A stretch of 64,000 nucleotides of DNA, taken from positions 224,001-288,000 of the forward strand of contig CAXXXF010000014.1 in the NCBI GenBank assembly GCA_963667175.2. Direction: 5' to 3'. Within the stretch, counting starts at the first letter, position 1; every line of letters starts with the position of its first letter. Below the pieces are notes generated by a model, which was not told the origin of the DNA, did no database searches, and saw only the letters and a list, made by a program, of their open reading frames with translations. Both the position numbers and the translations under genes were made by a program. Positions 32,734 through 42,007 of this stretch are shown here, one piece after another. This DNA comes from Candidatus Latescibacterota bacterium (lineage in GTDB: Bacteria; Latescibacterota; UBA2968; GCA-2709665).

Positions 32734-32773
32734 GGATCGTTCCTTTACGCAAACGAGCGATGAGCGAATCGTG

Positions 32774-33715
32774 TCAATTCCCCAACGGCTCCCACACGGC
32801 GCCGAAGATGTGTCTCAATCGCGCCATGTCTTCGTCCGGCAGCGGCGGCCCGAGAATGGCCTTCACGTTGGCTTCCAGGTGTTCGACGTTCGCCGTGCCC
32901 GTAAGCACCGTACCCATCGCCGGATGGGACGCCACGTATTTGTATGCGGCGGCCGGCAGCGAATTCACGTGTCCCTTGACGAGCCAGCCCAGCGGATCCT
33001 CGTCCGGCACCGAATCCCTCTTTATCAGCCCGTTCTCCTTCGCGTAGGCGATGCGCTCGGCCAACACCTCCGGCCTGCTCAGCGCCCGGCGTACGGCCAC
33101 CATACAGATCACGCCCACGTTCTTTTCCAGGCACATCGGCAGGACGCTGTGCTCCGCCGTGGGACTGATCATGTTGTACCCGACCATTGCCGTATCAAAA
33201 TGGTCGTCAGCCAGCGCCATTGGAAACATCTCGTGTCGGGGATCCTGTGAATACGTCTCCGATACGCCCAGAAAGCGGAATTTCCCCTGCTCCTGCAGGC
33301 GCGTCATCACCGGCAGAAAGATGTCGATCGTGCGGGCGTAATCTTCCGGCTTTACGCCGTGAAACTGCATGATGTCGATCACGTCCACCCTGAGCCGCGC
33401 AAGACTTCGCTCCACGGAGGCGACCACGTCTTCGGGCCTGGCGGTGCGGTCGTCCCGCGCCACCTGTACCTTTGTGGCCAGCACGTAGTCGTCCCGCGGC
33501 ACGGCCGCCAGCGCCCTGCCGAGAATGGCCTCGCTTTCCCCGTACCCCGCGGCGGTATCGAAGAAATTAACACCCAGTTCCAGCGCCCTGCGCACCATCC
33601 GGCCGGCATCGGCCTCCGGAACGCCGGAACTCTGTCCGAATTGACTCGGGCCGCCCGTTCCGATGCCCAGCGCGGAAACGCGAAGACCGGTTCGTCCAAG
33701 CGTGCCGTATTTCAT
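32774..33715 (-). CDS. Aldo/keto reductase
   Basis: [25 protein letters not shown]. Confidence 0.88.
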   Translation of the reverse strand: MKYGTLGRTGLRVSALGIGTGGPSQFGQSSGVPEADAGRMVRRALELGVNFFDTAAGYGESEAILGRALAAVPRDDYVLATKVQVARDDRTARPEDVVASVERSLARLRVDVIDIMQFHGVKPEDYARTIDIFLPVMTRLQEQGKFRFLGVSETYSQDPRHEMFPMALADDHFDTAMVGYNMISPTAEHSVLPMCLEKNVGVICMVAVRRALSRPEVLAERIAYAKENGLIKRDSVPDEDPLGWLVKGHVNSLPAAAYKYVASHPAMGTVLTGTANVEHLEANVKAILGPPLPDEDMARLRHIFGAVWEPLGN

Positions 33716-34150
33716 ACAGGTATCCCCCGGAATTCGCGCTTTTTATGGCTATTGTCCCACTGTGCCGGTTTGCCGCGAAAAAACACAGGCCACAAAGGGC
33801 ACCAACACACAAGAGTTCACACCTGTCCAGGTTCGTCTTCTCCGAATTATGCTGGACGGCAGTGACTATTTATCAAATATGGCGCCAACCGTCAAGCGCT
33901 TCGGCAAGCGACGACTGACTGATTCCCGGCGCTGACCCCGGTTTCCGAGCCCCCGGGCCCTGCCGTCCCGGCGGTCCAAATTACGCTTGCGGATTCACCT
34001 CGCTTTCGAAATACTGATGTGCCGGTCATCGGTACCTCTTCGATGCCCGCGCGTGCGCAAACGGCGCCTCTGACAACTTCCCGCGCGTGGATGATCTCCT
34101 GCACGAAAGGGAACATCCGCGTTGGGTGTCACAGATAACAAGGAGCGCAA

Positions 34151-37100
34151 GTGAATCTCTACACACCGGAACAGATCCGACTCGCCCGGCAACGCGCGGC
34201 GGCTGACCCCGACGCGGAAAAAGTCGCCGGGCGTATCATTGAAGACGCGAATCCGTGGCTGGAGCGGGACCAGGACTTCATCCGTACGCTGATGCCCGGA
34301 CCCGAAATACCGCGGAGCTGGACGATCAACTTCGTCAGCGGGTGTCCCGTCCACGGCAGCGGACCCGACGGTTACGGCGGGTATGCGCAGGGCGGGTGGA
34401 TACACGACCCCTTCACCGACAAATGGCGCGTGACATGCGCCGTGGGCGGCGAGTCCTATCCCAGCAACGACTTCGAGGCGTTCTACCAAAGCGGCATGGA
34501 AGACCGGAGCCTGCTCACCGGACCCTACGCGGACGACGGATGGGGCTGGCGGGGCGAAAACGCGCCCTTTCGGCACTGGTTCATCGCCTATTGCTGTTGC
34601 AGTACGTGGAACGCCGTCGTCGCCGGCCTCACCTCACTCTCGCAGGCTTATCTGCTCAGCGGCGACTGCCGGTACGCCCACAAAGCGCTCGTCATTCTGG
34701 ACCGACTTGCCGAGGTCTATCCGCACATGGACTACAGCAGGCAATCCATGTACGCGCTGGAGTTCTCGCCGGGCTATACGGGGAAGATGAACGACCTTAT
34801 TTCCGAATCGGGCACCGTGCGCCGGCTGTGCCACGCCCTGGATGCCGTCCGCGGCGCCATCCCGTACGACCCCGTCTTCAGTTCGGACGCGGACGGACTC
34901 CGCCGAAAAATCGAGGCCGGCATTATCGGCGCGAGCCTCGAAGGTATCTACCGGGGCGACGTCCGAAGCAACTACGGCGGCCACCAGGAAGCCCTGTTGA
35001 TCGCGGCACTCGCCTCGGGAGACCGGAATGAAATCGAAAAAGCCGTCGACTGGACGATGAACAACACCGGTGAAGCCACGGAACTCAAGGAAATGCTCAC
35101 CCATTTCGACGGGTACATCTTTCGCGACAAGGCCGCGCACGCGGAAGGGATCAACTTCGCGCTGGACAACCTGATCTTCCGTGAGGGCATGGGCTGGGAG
35201 AGTTCCCCGAGCTACAACAGCAGCTGGGTCGCGCACCTTACCGTGATCGCCCGCCTGCTGGAAGACCAGGGCATTCGGCTCTGGGACAGGCCGAAGTTCA
35301 GGCGCATGTACCGCTGGGCGGCGGAAATGACCTGCCTCGACCGCTTCACCCCGTGCATTGGCGACGCCGGCGCCACGACGGGCGGCTACGTCGCCCCTGG
35401 AAGCGATACCCTGCAGGAGGCGTACAGAGCCACGGGAGACCCTTTCGTCGGCGAACTGGTGCGAAGGGAGAAAACCGGCTTCAACAGCTTCGAATCGCTG
35501 CTGGAAGAACCTGTTGAACCTTCACCGAACGCCGACGGCGCCGCTGCACTCAGAGAAATAAATGCCGGAAGCCGTCTCATGGGAGGTTTCGGCCTGGCCC
35601 TGCTGCGGTCCGGGCGAGGCCGTGAACGAACCGCTGTTGCGCTGTACTACGGAAGGGCGGCCACCGAGCACGCGCATTTCGACCGTCTCAACGTCGAACT
35701 CTTCGCGTACGGCCGAAAGCTCATCCCCGACCTCGGTTACGGCGAACACGCCGCCGAGGGCGACCGACCCGCGGTATGGACCAAGAACACCCTGGCCCAC
35801 GCAACGGTCGTCGTGGACGGCCGGCGGCAGGATACACAGGGGCCAGGCAGGCTGGAGCAATTCGTGAGGGCGGGAGACCTGACCTGGGTGCAGGTCGACG
35901 CACCGGAAACCTATCACCATACGTCCGAGTACCGGCGGACGCTCGCGCTCATCGAAGTCGGGAAGGACGCCCGCTACGTCCTCGACGCCTTCCGGGTGGC
36001 GGGCGGGACGCGGCACGACTACAGCCTGCACGGATTCGAGGGCGAGTTCGCGGCGGACGATGTCGCGCTCACCCCTCCGCAGCAGCAGGGCACACTGGCA
36101 GGTCCGGAAGTGCCCTACGGCGCCATATATGACGACGACGGCCTTACCGACCCGCTGAAGAAGGGCCGCTCGTATTATACCTACCGGGGCGGCGGATACT
36201 CGTATCTGTACGATGCGCAACGCGGTCATCCGATCGCGGCGTGGTCCTCGACGTGGCGCGACCCGAAGACCGGCATCGGCCTGAGTACGACGTTCCTGCC
36301 CTCCGAAGAAGCGATCGTCGCCCACGGTGACCCACCCAGAAAACCGGGCAATCCGAAGCAACTCACCTGGGTGCTGCTGCGCAACGAAGGGCAAGGCGCG
36401 GTCAGCCGCTTTGTGGCTGTACACGAACCCTTTAGAGGCGAAAAGAAAATCCAGGGCGTCGAACAACTGGATGCCGGCGGCGATACCCTCGCGCTGAAGG
36501 TAAGACATCGAACCGGCGAAGATACGGTCCGCCACGCCCCCGGCCCGTCCGGCGGCAGCTTCAGTCTGGCCCGTCACGACACCGAGGGAAGGCTGGTTTC
36601 CCTGCACCAGTCAGGCTCCGGATGCATCAGTGCCGGTGGGCATTCCCTCTCCATTGAAAAGCCTGTGCAGGGAAAAGTCGTGGAAATCGATCCGGGGTCT
36701 TCCTCGATTACCGTAGAACGCGCCCCCGGGAGCCAGGCCTTTCGCGCAGCGGGTCTCAGGGGTGAGGTCGCTCGCATCGGGAACCCCCGCCGCGCCACCG
36801 CCTACAATATCACGGCCGTGGAAGGCAAGGGGCGGCGTTATCGCATCCGGTTCGGCGACGACAGTTTCCGAATCGGCCGGTTCGAGATTACCGGGCGCAA
36901 CCCCGATGGATCAGGCCTGTCCACCAAAACGAACCTGTATATGGCGGCGCAGGGATATTATCGCGGCGCCTGGCTCACGGACAAGGACCACGCGGTCTGG
37001 CTGCCCGTTGACGACGTTACGCTCGCGCCTCACAGCCCCGGCGTGCGGCGCGATGCCGGCATCCGGCTGGTGGGCAGACACCTGTCTGCCGCGCCGGGCG

Positions 37101-37303
37101 CCTGTCTGCGTGCGGGCGACAGCACGCACAGGCAGGCGGCACAGGCAGACGACCTCGCCGCGAGGTTCAACGTCGGCGAGATTGCCTATCTTTACGACGT
37201 CGGGCCGGGAGACACGGTAGCGGTCACGCCGACGGCCACGGCCACCAGGCAAAGGGACGGGCGATTCCGAATCCGGTCCAACTGCAGGGCGACCCTGGAC
37301 TGA
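34151..37303 (+). CDS. Large heparinase II/III-like (polysaccharide lyase fold) protein containing an in-frame repeat insertion
   Basis: ESSPSY, IGD, HAHFDRL, IPDLGY, HATVVVDG, YRRTL; GTG start with AAGGAG RBS. Confidence 0.75.
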   Translation: MNLYTPEQIRLARQRAAADPDAEKVAGRIIEDANPWLERDQDFIRTLMPGPEIPRSWTINFVSGCPVHGSGPDGYGGYAQGGWIHDPFTDKWRVTCAVGGESYPSNDFEAFYQSGMEDRSLLTGPYADDGWGWRGENAPFRHWFIAYCCCSTWNAVVAGLTSLSQAYLLSGDCRYAHKALVILDRLAEVYPHMDYSRQSMYALEFSPGYTGKMNDLISESGTVRRLCHALDAVRGAIPYDPVFSSDADGLRRKIEAGIIGASLEGIYRGDVRSNYGGHQEALLIAALASGDRNEIEKAVDWTMNNTGEATELKEMLTHFDGYIFRDKAAHAEGINFALDNLIFREGMGWESSPSYNSSWVAHLTVIARLLEDQGIRLWDRPKFRRMYRWAAEMTCLDRFTPCIGDAGATTGGYVAPGSDTLQEAYRATGDPFVGELVRREKTGFNSFESLLEEPVEPSPNADGAAALREINAGSRLMGGFGLALLRSGRGRERTAVALYYGRAATEHAHFDRLNVELFAYGRKLIPDLGYGEHAAEGDRPAVWTKNTLAHATVVVDGRRQDTQGPGRLEQFVRAGDLTWVQVDAPETYHHTSEYRRTLALIEVGKDARYVLDAFRVAGGTRHDYSLHGFEGEFAADDVALTPPQQQGTLAGPEVPYGAIYDDDGLTDPLKKGRSYYTYRGGGYSYLYDAQRGHPIAAWSSTWRDPKTGIGLSTTFLPSEEAIVAHGDPPRKPGNPKQLTWVLLRNEGQGAVSRFVAVHEPFRGEKKIQGVEQLDAGGDTLALKVRHRTGEDTVRHAPGPSGGSFSLARHDTEGRLVSLHQSGSGCISAGGHSLSIEKPVQGKVVEIDPGSSSITVERAPGSQAFRAAGLRGEVARIGNPRRATAYNITAVEGKGRRYRIRFGDDSFRIGRFEITGRNPDGSGLSTKTNLYMAAQGYYRGAWLTDKDHAVWLPVDDVTLAPHSPGVRRDAGIRLVGRHLSAAPGACLRAGDSTHRQAAQADDLAARFNVGEIAYLYDVGPGDTVAVTPTATATRQRDGRFRIRSNCRATLD
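37081..37149. repeat. Nested CCTG...CAGG elements (33 bp outer + 36 bp inner) inside the CDS
   Basis: Outer 37081-37100 plus 37137-37149, inner 37101-37136; 69 bp total, frame preserved. Confidence 0.85.
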
Positions 37304-37340
37304 AAATCCGCCTGCAGTCGTCTCGACAGTGGTCTTTCCG

Positions 37341-37425
37341 TTCTGTGCATTTTGTGCTTTTTGTGGCGATTGTTCGTATTGACCGGCAAATGCAATAGCC
37401 ACAAGAGGCACAAAAACACAAAAAA
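37341..37425. repeat. Back-to-back inverted pair of 9-bp-period C-type repeats (GCCACAAAA/GGCACAAAA)
   Basis: ttctgtgcattttgtgctttttgtggc ... gccacaagaggcacaaaaacacaaaa; related copies near 33789 and 58456. Confidence 0.65.
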
Positions 37426-37592
37426 GACCACACCTGTGTGAAGTCGTCTTATCCGTGATTATGGTCATCAGTGAAGGGAATTATAACCCAAAGTCACATT
37501 ACTTCGTCAATACCCGAAAGTTCGAAATATATACTTGACAAGACATACAATCTCCGGTACTTTTCCAGTATACAAAACCGGAGGTTGCCTTG

Positions 37593-37835
37593 ATGAATAC
37601 GAAGTCGATTTTCAACGCCGACAACTTCCGCATGGCTATCTTCCTGCTTACCCTGATAGGTTCGACATGGGGTACGATGTGGACTTTTTCCTCAAGGCTC
37701 GAAGACAAACTCACGAGACGAATTGACAGATTGGAAGACAAGATAGACACGAGGTTTGATAAGATCGAAACCCGCCTCAATTCCTTTGGTGAACGTATTG
37801 CCAGAAATGAAACACGTTTGGACGCCTTGAAATAG
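37593..37835 (+). CDS. Small transmembrane plus coiled-coil protein (DUF1640-like)
   Basis: GGAGG RBS, TTGACA upstream; hydrophobic helix then RLEDKLTRRIDRLEDKIDTRFDKIETRL repeats. Confidence 0.7.
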   Translation: MNTKSIFNADNFRMAIFLLTLIGSTWGTMWTFSSRLEDKLTRRIDRLEDKIDTRFDKIETRLNSFGERIARNETRLDALK

Positions 37836-38016
37836 ACCCCCGCCTTACCACCTGCCATCCTTCAAGCCATACCGAAAATTCCCTATCGCTTTTTCCTGTT
37901 CCGATCCACGGTGTTCAATTCCATGTCCATAACCACCTCCCGCGCCAACTTTTGCGTGGTGTCAATGCTCACCTCTACTTCCATCTCCGGCTTCGGGGGA
38001 CCGTACCCCTGACACC

Positions 38017-38162
38017 CCGTTGATAAAGTCCATCCGGGCTGCCTGTCTGTGCGTGTCCGCCTGCCTGCGCAGTGCCCTGCGCTGCAGGCAGGCACGCAGA
38101 CAGGCGCGTTTTGTCTTCGACCACAATAGATCGGCCTCGCCTGCAGAGCGACTTTTCAACGG
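38017..38162. mobile_element. MITE-like unit with CCGTTGA(T)AAAGTC inverted ends and two nested CCTG elements
   Basis: 38017-38030 vs gacttttcaacgg 38150-38162; left part repeated at 2099-2153. Confidence 0.7.
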
Positions 38163-38201
38163 ACTGCGAAGCCAAATATGACTTTGGGTTACCTACTAAA
38201 T

Positions 38202-38233
38202 AAAGGGCGGCCGGGTTCTCCCGGTCGCCCTTT
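38202..38233. terminator. Rho-independent terminator
   Basis: aaagggcggccggg-ttct-cccggtcgcccttt downstream of the minus-strand gene. Confidence 0.75.
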
Positions 38234-38256
38234 TCGTTTGCGCGTTTGAATGTCCG

Positions 38257-39075
38257 CTAACCTGAACCGCGCAACGCGGTGAAGAACCGAACGTCGGCCC
38301 TGGCCAGGTCGATGACCGTGTCCACCGGCTCCCCGCTGTACTCGCTGTGGAAGCTCAGGGGTCCGTCGAAGTTCACCGCCCGGAACGCGCGCAACAAGGC
38401 AGGCCAATCTCCGAACCCCTCGCCCAGCCGCACCACCCGCGCGCGCCAGCTCAATTTGCCGTTCTGCAGCAGCGGCTGGCGGATCAGGTCCTTGAGCGCC
38501 ACAACGGACAGATGCGACCTGACGATGTTCAGCGCCAGTTCGATCGGCTCTCCGCAGACGGAAAGATGCCCGGGGTCGGCAAACACGCCGATATGCCGCG
38601 GATCGAATCCCTTTACCGCGTTCATGGCCGCGCACGAGTTCAGGCCCATTGACAACCCCGAGTGATTGTGCACCACGGTCTGGACCCCGTGTCTCTCGGA
38701 GAGGGTCTGAAAGCCTTCGAGATGCTCCCGGACCGCGTCCAGTTCTTCCCAATAGTCCATCCCCGCGGACCAGTGCCAGTATCCCAGCTTGACGTGATTC
38801 ACGCCCGCTTCGCCACAGGCCGCGTACAGGCGCTCCGCGTAATCCATCTCCGGCCTGGTAAAGTCGCCCGGCGTGGTGACCAGGGGAATGGAAAGCCCTT
38901 CATCGGCAAACCGCCTGGCGGCGTCGGGCAGCGCGGTTTCCACGTTCTCCGGATGTACCGGATAGCCCGGGCGCACGCACAGGTCGGCGCCCTCTACGCC
39001 GACCGATTTCAACGCGCCGATGATGCCGGACACGTCCAGGCCCTCCAGGTGTTTCGTAAACATGATGGTTTTCAT
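38257..39075 (-). CDS. Sugar phosphate isomerase/epimerase (xylose isomerase-like TIM barrel)
   Basis: MFTKHL, DLCVRPG, HNHSG, DPGH, ALKD, LGEGFGDW, SFHSEY. Confidence 0.85.
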   Translation of the reverse strand: MKTIMFTKHLEGLDVSGIIGALKSVGVEGADLCVRPGYPVHPENVETALPDAARRFADEGLSIPLVTTPGDFTRPEMDYAERLYAACGEAGVNHVKLGYWHWSAGMDYWEELDAVREHLEGFQTLSERHGVQTVVHNHSGLSMGLNSCAAMNAVKGFDPRHIGVFADPGHLSVCGEPIELALNIVRSHLSVVALKDLIRQPLLQNGKLSWRARVVRLGEGFGDWPALLRAFRAVNFDGPLSFHSEYSGEPVDTVIDLARADVRFFTALRGSG

Positions 39076-39507
39076 TGGGTTTCTCCATCGGTATGCGACG
39101 GGCTTCTCTTATTCAGAAACCGATCAGGATTTTCAGGATTAACAGGATGGACAGGATAAGAACGAAAAAAACACGAGAAAGGCACGAGAAAACGAGGAAC
39201 GGCAGTGAATCGATTCACCACAGACCGCGCGTGGTCAATCCGGCCAACCTGACACCCCAACACTGCGCCGGCCAGCTCGATTCCAAATTCTTGAAGGTCT
39301 TCGTTACATTCTCCGCTAATGTTATTAAAAATTAGGGGCTTATATACTTAACTTGACAGCGTGATTTTGGGGTAAATCATTACGGAATTAATAGATAGGA
39401 GGTCGTCCTGACGGTGTTTTGGTGGCAAGGGGGGGTTCATCTGGAACCTGAATCACAGGAGGAGACTGAGGCGTTGTATCTATTGACTCATACGCTTTTT
39501 CAAGAAT

Positions 39508-39756
39508 TTAAAGGTCGTCGATCCTCGTGAGGGTTCTGTAGCTATTGACATCATTGAATCGGGCGATAAGTAGTCTGTCGTTCAGATCGATACAGTCGTC
39601 TATCATTCCTCTCAGTTTTTCAACGGTAGTTCCATATCGCTCGATTACCCAGACGGTTCTAAGAACCTTGACAGCCCCCAACCCCTCGAGCCGTTCATTT
39701 ATCCTATCGTGGTTTTGTCCAGGTTTCATCAGGTCGTAGCTGATTAGATATTTCAT
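39508..39756 (-). CDS. Stand-alone Cas2/VapD-like ferredoxin-fold protein
   Basis: MKYLISYDL start, KVLRTVW, NDRLLI; 82 aa. Confidence 0.65.
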   Translation of the reverse strand: MKYLISYDLMKPGQNHDRINERLEGLGAVKVLRTVWVIERYGTTVEKLRGMIDDCIDLNDRLLIARFNDVNSYRTLTRIDDL

Positions 39757-39759
39757 GTT

Positions 39760-40143
39760 CTATCCCTTTGATTGTTGAAGATCTCGTCGAAGTCCGCGAA
39801 GTTCCGTCAATACTTCTCCGAGTTCCGTTGGAGGGTCTTGGTCGTGAAGGAATTTTCGAAAAACAGATAGAAGATATTTTCGGTCGAATACGATCACTAG
39901 CTGTCGCCGATGACCATCATGGGACTGAGCATACGACTCATGAAATGGGATCATTTGTGGGCGTCCGTGGGAGTCCGGTTTTTCCTTATAGTGGGTGCAG
40001 TCTATCGTTAGGTGGAGATATTGAGGTGCTCCTAGAACCTCCTCAATGCGAATCGACTCTGAAAGCTGAACCGACGGCGTTTTTCCGAACCATTCTTGAG
40101 TGGGTTGTGCGAGTAAGGTGATGTGAGTAATGAGATCGTTCAT
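39760..40143 (-). CDS. Hypothetical protein
   Basis: AAGGAGG RBS before ATG 40143; ends 3 nt upstream of the Cas2-like gene. Confidence 0.6.
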   Translation of the reverse strand: MNDLITHITLLAQPTQEWFGKTPSVQLSESIRIEEVLGAPQYLHLTIDCTHYKEKPDSHGRPQMIPFHESYAQSHDGHRRQLVIVFDRKYLLSVFRKFLHDQDPPTELGEVLTELRGLRRDLQQSKG

Positions 40144-40242
40144 TGTAAACCTCCTTCGGGAAGTTATGTATGTAATCGACCCATGAATATGGCAAAAATA
40201 CCTCAAACACACAACCTGAAATCCTCGCGAGCAAAACTAGGC

Positions 40243-40290
40243 ATTTAGCTTGACTTCATTGTTGTTATTCTGTATCTTATTGGTGTACAA
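40243..40290 (+). promoter_or_regulatory. Duplicated ~48-bp promoter module (second copy 41790-41837)
   Basis: TTGACT-N17-TATCTT in both copies, with conserved flanks. Confidence 0.6.
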
Positions 40291-40494
40291 TAATTTAGGA
40301 ATGTCGGGAGAAATGGAAGACCCTCGCAGTTTGGTAGACCGGTCATGAGGTGAACCGTCGAGACGTCTCCAGCCGTCTCTCGGACCTCTCCCATTGTCTT
40401 TATGGATCGAAATATTACATAATTAGTAGATAGGAGGTTGGAATGAAGAAGAAGGCGAAAGAGAGGATCACGATCATTATACGGGAACCGGGGT

Positions 40495-40707
40495 CTAAGA
40501 AGAGTCGGCCCTTATCTCTTCGATCATCTCCTGTAAACGAGAGATCAACTGAGACTTGGCGTACTTCCGGGCATCATCGAGAGACTCAACGCCCTCAATG
40601 TCCTCAATCTCATAGATAATCTGGATGTCCAGATCTTTCTTGAAGACGACATCAAATTGGATTCGGTATTTGTTGTCGTCTACCTCGTTTGCCAAGATGT
40701 AGAGCAT
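40495..40707 (-). CDS. Small acidic hypothetical protein
   Basis: AGGAGG RBS upstream; 70 aa. Confidence 0.55.
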   Translation of the reverse strand: MLYILANEVDDNKYRIQFDVVFKKDLDIQIIYEIEDIEGVESLDDARKYAKSQLISRLQEMIEEIRADSS

Positions 40708-41070
40708 TCTATCCTCCTACGGTTTGAGTGTGACGGACTAAAAACTAGGCATTTTAATTAACGTAGTCGTCTGGAGAGGAAGAGTCCTCCGGTGACGAAA
40801 TGCAGTGCGCGTCCCGATTTGGATGTTTCTTCATCGCCGAAAAAGACCATGAGTAGGACGGCGATTATCCAGATGATCAGGGTGAAGTCATTGCTGATTG
40901 AGGTTCGGAGTCCTTCTGAGGATGGAGGAGAAGATCTCTGACGAATTCATGGTTGCTCCTTGGACTGGAATAAAAAACCCTGACGCAGTCGTCAGGGTTT
41001 GCTATTGTGGAGAAAAAGGGAAAGCGGTATTTTGCTTTCAAACAATCTCAAAAGCTGTTCGAGGCAATAT

Positions 41071-41571
41071 ATGGAAAAAGATACGCTTGACCTATCCTAT
41101 GACATTGCGATTCGGGCTTATGAGACAGCTAGGGCTCGGTTGGACGAGGTAAATCGGTTTTTCAATATCGTAGCTTCCACTTCTCTGTCGTTGGCCCTTT
41201 CGGTACCCATTTTGGTAAGAGTTTTAAACATCGAGAAGTTCACATGGTGGTTTTTCTTCGCCCTGTGTCTATTTGTAGTGACGTATGGGTTGTGTGCCAT
41301 CGGCAGGCTATGGGGTCATCTCATTTTTCTGCATCCAGGACTCATCCATGAGAATTACCAAGACATGGATGATGTGTCGTTTAAGCGGGAGATCCTTTAC
41401 TGGTCTGGCGACCATTGTGGCAAAAACCTGAACCTCATAGAGAGCAAATGGAGGATGGCCGTAGGGGCAATGGTAACACTCGGCTGTCAGGCTATTTGTT
41501 CGGTTTTTTGGGTCCTTGACCTCGATCTGTTCCTCTTGGTGGAGCTGATGGTTGTCTTCCGACTACTTTAG
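41071..41571 (+). CDS. Hypothetical membrane protein (about 3 transmembrane helices)
   Basis: GAGG RBS; hydrophobic helices; low GC. Confidence 0.65.
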   Translation: MEKDTLDLSYDIAIRAYETARARLDEVNRFFNIVASTSLSLALSVPILVRVLNIEKFTWWFFFALCLFVVTYGLCAIGRLWGHLIFLHPGLIHENYQDMDDVSFKREILYWSGDHCGKNLNLIESKWRMAVGAMVTLGCQAICSVFWVLDLDLFLLVELMVVFRLL

Positions 41572-41662
41572 GATCTACACTTTCGGTATAATCTCTTGAT
41601 CTTACCTGTGCTCCCGGGTCCGGTTTATTTCCGTTCCCATTTTTCTTTTCGTCCTCTGACAT
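41492..41662 (-). CDS. 56-aa low-complexity peptide overlapping the membrane protein gene convergently
   Basis: GGAGG RBS; MSEDEKKNGNGNKPDPGAQVRSRDYTESVDPKVVGRQPSAPPRGTDRGQGPKKPNK; below the ORF-track cut-off. Confidence 0.45.
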   Translation of the reverse strand: MSEDEKKNGNGNKPDPGAQVRSRDYTESVDPKVVGRQPSAPPRGTDRGQGPKKPNK

Positions 41663-41868
41663 TGCAAGAGCCTCCGGCGATTGTGGGATGGTCTACCTCT
41701 GACTTTCATGGTAATGTGTTTTTCTCTTTTTGTCAATGGTTTTTGGGCCGAAAAGGGATAGGTTGTGCCGTCTCTCCGCAAGACTACGTATTTAACTTGA
41801 CTTCGTCGTTGTTCTTCTGTATCTTATTGGTGTGCAACAGGTTAGGGGCCGATAGGATGGTGGAGAAC

Positions 41869-41991
41869 ATGGGACGGCATAATGAGACGCATAAGGGGTC
41901 TGGAAAGGCAGAACGTGACGGCATCTCGGTGATCGAGTTGGCGGAAGGGTTTCCGGACGAGGCGTCTGTGTACTCGGCAGTCACCTTGTGA
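41869..41991 (+). pseudogene. IS1595-family transposase N-terminal fragment
   Basis: GSGKAERDGISVIELAEGFPDEAS resembles the leader preceding the Zn ribbon of IS1595 transposases (recalled, not searched). Confidence 0.55.
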
Positions 41992-42007
41992 ACTCCAACG
42001 TGAGAGC

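Larger units (their letters stand above)
37484..38191. mobile_element. Putative non-autonomous element with 17-bp terminal inverted repeats and a passenger gene
   Basis: taacccaaagtcacatt (37484-37500) vs aatatgactttgggtta (38175-38191), 16/17 complementary; AT-rich interior. Confidence 0.6.

Noticed and set aside
39508-39756. CRISPR-Cas locus suggested by the Cas2-like gene
   Set aside because: No cas1 and no regularly spaced repeat-spacer array anywhere in the window.
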